Source: a candidate division WOR-3 bacterium (GTDB lineage: Bacteria > Hydrothermota > Tepidihabitantia > Tepidihabitantales > Tepidihabitantaceae). From it: a DNA stretch of 12,869 nucleotides. A model generated the notes under the pieces. The model was given only the letters and a program-made list of their open reading frames with translations. It did no database searches and was not told the DNA's origin. Shown here one piece after another: positions 7,100-12,869 of this stretch. The stretch lies in contig CBFGJX010000030.1 of the NCBI GenBank assembly GCA_965649225.1, positions 1 through 12,869 on the forward strand, read 5' to 3'. Position numbers and translations under genes: made by a program. Within the stretch, counting starts at the first letter, position 1. The number at the start of each line of letters is the position of its first letter.

Positions 7100-8128
7100 G
7101 TGAAAAAAGCCTTAGTCGGTCTTTTGCTGGGCTGTGCGCTGACGTCGGCCCGGGTGTGGTATGTTCATCCCGATTCATCGCTTCGTTCAATCCAGCAGGC
7201 ACTTGACCTGTGTTCGACAGGCGACACGGTGCTGGTCGGGCCCGGCCGCTACCCGGGCGGTTATGACTGGCCAACCGTGGCCGATATCAGACTGATTGGC
7301 GAACAGGGGCCGGAGAGCACTGTCGTTGACGGCGGCGGCAGCCAGCGCGGATTTGCGTTGTTCAACGTTCCGGGCGAGCAGACGCTGTTAGCCGGGCTGA
7401 CGATCCAGAACTGCATCAGCTCGACAAGCGGTGGCGCGGTGGAAGCGGTGGGCACCAGCCTGTTGCTCGAGCGTTGTCACATCATCAACAATGCCTCGCG
7501 CCAGGCCGGCGCTTTGAGTATTGACGACGGTCGGGTTACTGTCCGGGCCTGCTCCATCGCCGGCAACAGTTCATCGCTGTACCGCCCGGGCGGTATCTGG
7601 CTGGGTAATGACGCGGCCGGCTCGTTTGATGGCTGCCGGCTGGTCGGCAACCGGCGCGGGGCACTGGCGTTTCTGGATGGCGCCGGTGTCGTCCTGCGGC
7701 GCTGCGATATCGTTGGCAACACCGGTGCGGCGGTTGCCTGTTTCAGCAGTGGTGCCAGTGCCGACGCCGAGTACAACTGGTGGGGTGACGCGGACGGGCC
7801 GTATCATCCGGTGCTGAATCCCTACGGTCGCGGTGACACGGTCGGCGACTGTGTTGACTTTGACCCCTGGCTGCTCGGACCGGCGGCAGTCGGCGCACCG
7901 CCGGCAGGCAGTTTCCGGTCGGCTCCGGGTGCTTCGGTTGTGCGGGGTGAGCGACTGCTGCTGGAATTGAGCGGAACCGCCGAACTGATCGATGCAGCGG
8001 GCAGACCGGTCCGGCTGCGGGCCGCCGGTTCCGGTCGCCCGGTCGGGCTCCGCAACGGCGTCTACTTTATACGCGGTGGCGCCGACCAGCGGCCACGGGC
8101 CGGCTGGCGGCTCGTTGTCCTGCGCTGA
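7100..8128 (+). CDS. Secreted right-handed parallel beta-helix (pectin-lyase-like fold) protein with a degenerate T9SS-like C-terminal domain
   Basis: GTG at 7100 with SD AAGGAG. Signal peptide MKKALVGLLLGCALTSA; WYV..D...SIQQALD....GDTVLVGPGRY; GLTIQN and repeated C.I..N coils with GG motifs; ADAEYNWWG...GP...VDFDPWL; tail LIDAAGR.V...LRNGVYFIR...RLVVLR. Confidence 0.85.
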   Translation: MKKALVGLLLGCALTSARVWYVHPDSSLRSIQQALDLCSTGDTVLVGPGRYPGGYDWPTVADIRLIGEQGPESTVVDGGGSQRGFALFNVPGEQTLLAGLTIQNCISSTSGGAVEAVGTSLLLERCHIINNASRQAGALSIDDGRVTVRACSIAGNSSSLYRPGGIWLGNDAAGSFDGCRLVGNRRGALAFLDGAGVVLRRCDIVGNTGAAVACFSSGASADAEYNWWGDADGPYHPVLNPYGRGDTVGDCVDFDPWLLGPAAVGAPPAGSFRSAPGASVVRGERLLLELSGTAELIDAAGRPVRLRAAGSGRPVGLRNGVYFIRGGADQRPRAGWRLVVLR

Positions 8129-8138
8129 CAATCAGCTC

Positions 8139-8167
8139 TTGACAAGATGCCGTAAGAATACTAAACC
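8139..8167 (+). promoter_or_regulatory. Putative sigma70-type promoter for the Kelch gene
   Basis: Perfect TTGACA (8139-8144), 17-nt spacer, TAAACC (8162-8167) in an AT-rich patch. The -10 lacks the final T. Confidence 0.5.
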
Positions 8168-8260
8168 TAGACGCACCGCACGGGGTTTTGCTGGTGAACC
8201 AGACAGCCGTGACGGCTGGCCCGGTGCGGGCACGGAAAACAACCGCAGAAGGAGGTAATG

Positions 8261-9589
8261 ATGCGCAACATCGTCTCAGTGCTGGCCGTCGCTGTCCTCT
8301 TGGCCGGAATTGCGCCCGGCCAGGCCTGGATAGTCGGTCCACCCAGCCCTTTTTCCTACCTGCGTTTTGATGCCGAGTACTTCCCGGGAACAGCCAAAGT
8401 TTATTTCCTGGGCGGTCGCGTCGGCACATCGACAACCCGGCCCGACATCTACAGCTACACGCCGGCAACCGGCACCTACGCGGCTGTCGGCCGGGCCATG
8501 CCGAGGGCAGTGTCGAACTACGACATCTGCCTGCTGCGTGACAACCACGACCTGCCCAATGGCGATACGTTCGGCCTCTACATCGTCGGGGGTCGGTTCG
8601 ATGCTGCGCCCAATTACTGGGATACCCTGCAGGTTTACTATCCGGTGAGCAACACCGCGATGATCGTGCCGACCGATCCGTTTCCGGGCCGGGCCGGCGG
8701 GCAGATTACGGTCGCGATGTCATCCATCGTCTACAATAACCACATTTACACCATGGGCGGCTTCAGCCAGGTTTCCAACGCCATGTCGCGGGAAGTCTGG
8801 TGCTTTGACCCGCTCGGGACGCCGGGCGCGCGTTGGTCGCGGCTGGCCGATATGCCGCTGCCGCGGGCCTATCCGATACTGGCGATCGTTGACAGTTTCC
8901 TGTTCGCCTGCGGCGGCGACACCTGGAATGCCTCGGGGTCGTCACTGATTGCCAAGGCCGAGGTGTTCCGGCTGAATCTTGCCGATACCGCGGCGGGCTG
9001 GACCACCGTCGCGTCAATGCCGGGGATCAACGGCGAGGCGCGCGGTTTCGGCTTTGACTCCAATTCGCCCTGCGAGTTTGCCGGCAAGATTATCATCGCC
9101 GGTCGCGGCACCTGGTCGAGCGAGTCGGCGCACTGCTACATCTACACGGTAGCAACAAACTCGTGGGCAAGCTTTCCGAGTCTGAACCAGCGGCGCCGCA
9201 ACCATGCCGGAGTGTTTATTCCCGCCGAGGCCGGCGGTACCGGCGTGCCGGGGATGTGGGTATTCGGCGGCCGGCAGAATGCCGACACCAATGCCTTGAC
9301 TGTCAGCGAGTACTATCCGGTAACGATGACCGGCATCGGCGGCCGGCCCGGCGCCGAGCTGGTCGGTGTGACCCTGACACCAAATCCGTCCCGAGGCTCG
9401 GCGGTACTGCGCTGCAGCCCGCAGCTGGTCGGTGCCCGGGTTCAGGTTTTTGACGTGCTGGGTAAGTCGGTCTGGAGCGGTCGGGCGGAAAGGACGGCGA
9501 CTATTGCCGGACTGCCGGCCGGCACCTATCTCGTCCGGATTGATGCACCCGGCGGCGGTATCGAACGCAAGTTTGTCGTGACCCGCTAG
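8261..9589 (+). CDS. Secreted Kelch-repeat beta-propeller protein with T9SS type-A-like C-terminal sorting domain
   Basis: SD AAGGAGGT (8249-8256); spacing favours the second of the tandem ATGs (8258/8261). Signal peptide MRNIVSVLAVAVLLAGIAPGQA. Six Kelch cores (VYFLGG, LYIVGG, IYTMGG, LFACGG, IIIAGR, MWVFGG) with W...A.MP.PR motifs. Tail TPNPSRG...VFDVLGK.V...GLPAGTYLVRI...RKFVVTR. Confidence 0.88.
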   Translation: MRNIVSVLAVAVLLAGIAPGQAWIVGPPSPFSYLRFDAEYFPGTAKVYFLGGRVGTSTTRPDIYSYTPATGTYAAVGRAMPRAVSNYDICLLRDNHDLPNGDTFGLYIVGGRFDAAPNYWDTLQVYYPVSNTAMIVPTDPFPGRAGGQITVAMSSIVYNNHIYTMGGFSQVSNAMSREVWCFDPLGTPGARWSRLADMPLPRAYPILAIVDSFLFACGGDTWNASGSSLIAKAEVFRLNLADTAAGWTTVASMPGINGEARGFGFDSNSPCEFAGKIIIAGRGTWSSESAHCYIYTVATNSWASFPSLNQRRRNHAGVFIPAEAGGTGVPGMWVFGGRQNADTNALTVSEYYPVTMTGIGGRPGAELVGVTLTPNPSRGSAVLRCSPQLVGARVQVFDVLGKSVWSGRAERTATIAGLPAGTYLVRIDAPGGGIERKFVVTR

Positions 9590-9608
9590 GCTTTACTGCG
9601 GGAGATAG

Positions 9609-9642
9609 TCAGGACCGGCCCGACGGGCCGGTCCTGAGTTTT
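9609..9642 (+). terminator. Intrinsic terminator, possibly bidirectional, between convergent genes
   Basis: Perfect inverted repeat TCAGGACCGGCCCG-A-CGGGCCGGTCCTGA (9609-9637) followed by GTTTT, about 20 nt after the Kelch stop codon. Confidence 0.75.
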
Positions 9643-9699
9643 GGCAGTGCGGCGCTGCTGGCCGGGCAGAAAGCTGCCCCGGGGTCGGCAGTACCGGAT

Positions 9700-10578
9700 T
9701 CAGTCGCTCACAACCAGACAGCCTGATGCCGACAGTCCGTCGCGGTCCGCGCGCCAGCCGTAGACGCCAGAAGCCAGTCTGTCGAGTTCGATTGTCAACA
9801 CCGGCGAGCTGGCAACCGCGCTGGCGACAGTGCGGCCGGCGGGGTCAAAGATTCGCAACCGGACCGGACTGCGGCTGCCGCCGCTGATGGCAAAGCGGGC
9901 TGTCCGGCGACACGGATTGGCGAGCAGCCGGCACAGCGGCACGGGCGTCGGAGCGGTGATTTCCTCAACCCCGGTTTCGTATTCGACAACTGCCCGGATG
10001 TTCCAGTTGCGGTCGGTCCAGAAGGGCGGGTCGGTGAGTTGATACCAGGTGGGGCCGATGGTGGGAAGCGTGATGTAGCCGCCGCGCCAGGGCACCATCG
10101 GGCCAAGGTCGAGGGTCAACGGACTCTGGCCGGACGGATGCCGGCGGACTATCACCGCGGTCCAGAAGTCGGAGCCGGCACTGATGACCGGCCGTACCGG
10201 CATGTTGGCCCGGCGCCAGACGCCGCCGCCACTGCCGGTGGCGCGGGTTGTGTCCAGTTCCGGGCCGGGCTGAGCCTGAGTACCCTGGCCGTAGATGCGG
10301 ACGATAATATCGTCGGCGTTGCCGGTGAGGTAGTAGAGCACGGCGTTGACCCGCAGATTGGCAGTGGCGGTAAAGCGGGCGGCGCCACCGTAGGAATAGG
10401 TACCGTTGACGCTGACGCCGCGGTCCGGTTCGCCATCGAAGTGCAGGGTGTCTTCGCTGTCGGTCGGGCTGCTGGCAGCAGCGAGAACAGCAGTCGAAAC
10501 CAGCCCGGGACTCAGCGGAAGCGAACCAGTCGTGCCGAAAGAGAACAACACAGCAGTGACGATCGCCATCATTATCAT
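9700..10578 (-). CDS. Secreted protein of unknown function: one beta-sandwich-like domain plus a T9SS type-A-like C-terminal domain
   Basis: SD GGAGG (10587-10583) before MIMM (ATG 10578; 10572 is an alternative). Hydrophobic N-terminus, Ser/Ala-rich linker, core DTLHFDG...AARFT...VRIY...PG...W...DFW...NWNIRAVVEYE, then TGVEE...ANP...LRIFDPAGRTV...LASGVY...LVV. The listed ORF start at 10698 runs through the promoter and is not the real start. Confidence 0.83.
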   Translation of the reverse strand: MIMMAIVTAVLFSFGTTGSLPLSPGLVSTAVLAAASSPTDSEDTLHFDGEPDRGVSVNGTYSYGGAARFTATANLRVNAVLYYLTGNADDIIVRIYGQGTQAQPGPELDTTRATGSGGGVWRRANMPVRPVISAGSDFWTAVIVRRHPSGQSPLTLDLGPMVPWRGGYITLPTIGPTWYQLTDPPFWTDRNWNIRAVVEYETGVEEITAPTPVPLCRLLANPCRRTARFAISGGSRSPVRLRIFDPAGRTVASAVASSPVLTIELDRLASGVYGWRADRDGLSASGCLVVSD

Positions 10579-10627
10579 TTTGCCTCCCTGATTGCTGTTG
10601 TGGGCGTGTTGTTCACCAACCGGCGCT

Positions 10628-10656
10628 ATTTTAGGCAGCGGGCGGAAACCGGTCAA
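10628..10656 (-). promoter_or_regulatory. Sigma70-type promoter for the 9700-10578 gene
   Basis: Minus strand TTGACC (10656-10651), 17-nt spacer, TAAAAT (10633-10628). Confidence 0.75.
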
Positions 10657-10701
10657 TGCCCGTAACCGGAATCGGTATTCGACGGCCCGGTCGGACAAAA
10701 G

Positions 10702-12741
10702 CTAGTCGGCGCCGCGGCGCCAGGGCAGCCCCGTGCGCCAGTAGCGGGATATCTTTTCCCGGATTTCTTCGTCGGTGAGCGGGCCGTCATGGGGCGGTGT
10801 TTCGCCGTCGGATTGAAGCAGCGAGCGGACCGCCGGGTCAATGAAGCGGGAAGGCTGGGCATAGCCGTGGTAGTCGCCCAGGGGCTGGCGGCGATAGTGG
10901 TAGCGCAGCGGATAGGTGATGTAGAGCCGGTCGCGGGCGCGGGTGACCGCAACATAAAACAGCCGGCGCTCTTCCTCGACGCTGTTTTCGTCTTCGGTCG
11001 CCATGTCGGACGGAATCATGCCATCGGCGGCATGAATGATATAGACCACCTTCCATTCGCAGCCCTTGGCGGAGTGCATGGTTGAAAGTACCAGCCAGTC
11101 TTCATCGCGCCTGGGCGGGCCGGCGAGGTCGGCAGTTGAAGAGGGGGGGTCAAGGGTGAGGTCGGCGAGAAAATCGGCGCGGGTTTCGTAGCGTTCGGCG
11201 ACGATTTCCAGCTGTTCCAGGTCGCGGCGGCGGGGCAGCGGATTGTCGTAGAGCCGTTCGACCAGCGGGTCGTAGTAGCGGCGGATGCGCTCAATCTGTG
11301 CTGCCACCGGCAGCGGCGGCCGGGCCTGAGCCACCGACAGCAGCAGTGACCGCAGCCGGCAGTAGTCTTCCTGCGCCGCACGCGGAACCGCATCGTCGTC
11401 CAGCCGGTCGAGCGCGAATCCTTCCTGTTCCAGCTCGGCAACGAACCGCTCGGCCGAGCGCGGGCCGATGCCTTCCAGCATCTCCAGCACCCGGAACCAG
11501 GACAGTTCATCGCGCGGGTTTTCCAGTATCCGCAGGAACGCGAGCAGGTCCTTGACGTGGGCAGCCTCGAGAAACTTCAGCCCGCCGTATTTGTGAAACG
11601 GAATGCCACGCCGGACCAGCTCGATTTCCAGCTGGTCGGAGTGGTGACCGGCCCGAAACAGTACTGCCTGCTGATTAAGCCGGATGCCCTCTTCCAGGTG
11701 AGCCAGAATCCGGTCGCAGACAATCCGGGTCTGCTCGTCCTCGTCGCGGCAGACCAGCAGTACCGGCCGGGCACCGTCGCCGCGGGCGGCAAACAGATTC
11801 TTGGCATAGCGGCGCCGGGCAGCGCTCATGATCGCATTGCCGACATCGAGAATCGGCTGTACCGAGCGGTAATTTTCTTCGAGGGTCACGACGGCAGTGC
11901 CGGGAAACTGGTTCGGAAAATCGAGGATGTTGGCGACGGTGGCGGCGCGGAAAGAGTAGATTGACTGGGCGTCGTCGCCGACGACGGTGATGTTGCGGTT
12001 GGTGCGGCGGAGCCGCTGGAGGATTTCGGCCTGAATGATGTTGGTGTCCTGATATTCGTCAACCAGAATGTGGTCGAAGCGGCGTTCCATCGCTGCGGCG
12101 ACATCGGCTCGTTCCAGCAGGGCATGCCACCAGAGCAGCAGATCATCGTAGTCCAGGGTCCGGCGTTCAGCCTTGCGGCGGGAGTATTCATCAAAAATCC
12201 GGCGCAGGCCATCGGCGGCATCGGTTACCCAGGGGAAATCCCGTTGCAGTATCTCCTCCAGCGGTTCCCGCGAGTTGACCAGTCGCGAGTAGATGGCGCG
12301 GATGGTGTGTTTGCGCGGGAAGCGCCGGTCTTTCGCCGCCAGCCCGAGCCGGGCGCGCACCAGCCCGAGCAGGTCGGCGGAGTCGGACTCGTCCATGACC
12401 GTGAAGTCGGGTGCGAGGTCAATGCTGCGGCCGTAGATTCGGAGCAGCCGGTTGGCGACGGAGTGAAAGGTGCCGCTCCAGACCTTGCCGGTGGCGCTGC
12501 GGCAGACCGATTCGGCGCGGGAAAGCATTTCCTGCGCCGCGCGCCGGGTGAAGGTCAGAAGCAGAATCCGTTCCGCCGGCACACCGCGGCCGATCAGCCA
12601 GGCAACCCGATAGGCGAGTGTCCGGGTTTTGCCGGTGCCGGCCCCGGCGATAATCAGCAGCGGCCCGTCGCCATGGGTGACGGCCCGGCGCTGAGCCGGA
12701 TTGAGGTCAGCAAGCCAGCGGTCGCTATTGTGCGGGGTCAA
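10702..12741 (-). CDS. ATP-dependent DNA helicase, UvrD/Rep/PcrA family (SF1A)
   Basis: Q motif LNPAQ, Walker A AGAGTGKT, LLTFTRRAA.EM, GTFHS, Walker B ILVDEYQDTN, VGDDAQSIYSFRAA, LEENYRS, LSTMHSAKG.EW, EEERRLFYVAVTRA and SRFI. Start is TTG 12741, with an in-frame TAA three codons upstream. Confidence 0.95.
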   Translation of the reverse strand: MTPHNSDRWLADLNPAQRRAVTHGDGPLLIIAGAGTGKTRTLAYRVAWLIGRGVPAERILLLTFTRRAAQEMLSRAESVCRSATGKVWSGTFHSVANRLLRIYGRSIDLAPDFTVMDESDSADLLGLVRARLGLAAKDRRFPRKHTIRAIYSRLVNSREPLEEILQRDFPWVTDAADGLRRIFDEYSRRKAERRTLDYDDLLLWWHALLERADVAAAMERRFDHILVDEYQDTNIIQAEILQRLRRTNRNITVVGDDAQSIYSFRAATVANILDFPNQFPGTAVVTLEENYRSVQPILDVGNAIMSAARRRYAKNLFAARGDGARPVLLVCRDEDEQTRIVCDRILAHLEEGIRLNQQAVLFRAGHHSDQLEIELVRRGIPFHKYGGLKFLEAAHVKDLLAFLRILENPRDELSWFRVLEMLEGIGPRSAERFVAELEQEGFALDRLDDDAVPRAAQEDYCRLRSLLLSVAQARPPLPVAAQIERIRRYYDPLVERLYDNPLPRRRDLEQLEIVAERYETRADFLADLTLDPPSSTADLAGPPRRDEDWLVLSTMHSAKGCEWKVVYIIHAADGMIPSDMATEDENSVEEERRLFYVAVTRARDRLYITYPLRYHYRRQPLGDYHGYAQPSRFIDPAVRSLLQSDGETPPHDGPLTDEEIREKISRYWRTGLPWRRGAD

Positions 12742-12749
12742 GGCTGGTT

Positions 12750-12777
12750 ATGGTGATACCGGCGGGCGGTTTGTCAA
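12750..12777 (-). promoter_or_regulatory. Putative sigma70-type promoter for the helicase gene
   Basis: Minus strand TTGACA (12777-12772), 16-nt spacer, CACCAT (12755-12750, weak -10). The TTG start follows 8 nt later. Confidence 0.5.
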
Positions 12778-12869
12778 TCGGTGCGCCGCCGGCGCAGCCG
12801 CAGGCGCCAGCGCCGGCGTACCGGTGCGGCGGCGGCAGTTTCAACGCCGTAGCAGAAACGTTCGGGGGC
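12774..12869 (-). CDS. Possible 3' end of an upstream minus-strand gene (frame ambiguous)
   Basis: One frame reads APERFCYGVETAAAAPVRRRWRLRLRRRRTD* (stop 12776-12774); another reads PRTFLLRR* (stop 12843-12841). Too short to decide between them. Confidence 0.25.
   Translation of the reverse strand, partial: APERFCYGVETAAAAPVRRRWRLRLRRRRTD

Noticed and set aside
10702..12741. Helicase as part of an anti-phage system (e.g. Gabija GajB)
   Set aside because: It is a full-length SF1A helicase with no adjacent OLD/TOPRIM nuclease or other defence gene visible in the window. The upstream neighbour lies mostly outside the window and cannot be assessed.
10039..12756. Plus-strand ORFs opposite the secreted protein and helicase (e.g. 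10039-10665, 11557-11964, 12070-12756)
   Set aside because: Antisense shadows of well-supported minus-strand genes with no independent coding evidence.
1..12869. Frequent GGCCGGCC/CCGGCCGG-type short palindromes as a possible repeat family or CRISPR array
   Set aside because: They are irregularly spaced, mostly within coding sequence and explained by GC-rich codon usage. There is no repeat-spacer periodicity and no cas, transposase or integrase gene.

Overview
GC-rich bacterial chromosomal window with nine well-supported protein-coding genes and no rRNA, tRNA, CRISPR array or mobile element that I can support. Left to right: a co-oriented proteolysis cluster (3' part of tldD, a pmbA/tldE-family gene, and a LonC-type Lon-like protease with an intact Ser-Lys dyad but degenerate Walker motifs); a membrane-anchored M23 peptidase; four predicted exported proteins ending in T9SS/FlgD-Ig-like C-terminal sorting domains (lamin-tail-domain protein, right-handed beta-helix protein, six-blade Kelch propeller, and a protein with one unnamed beta-sandwich domain); and a UvrD/Rep-family helicase. 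High GC, canonical sigma70 TTGAC-N16/17-TAnnnT promoters and T9SS-like cargo suggest a non-Bacteroidota FCB-related lineage such as candidate division WOR-3 (inference only). The most notable sequence-level signals are apparent leaderless transcripts for three genes, a symmetric back-to-back divergent promoter, a helix-rich intergenic segment after lonC, and two short motifs shared by the 5' leaders of the two convergent secreted-protein genes. I see no firmly demonstrable novel system; the candidates are ranked below.
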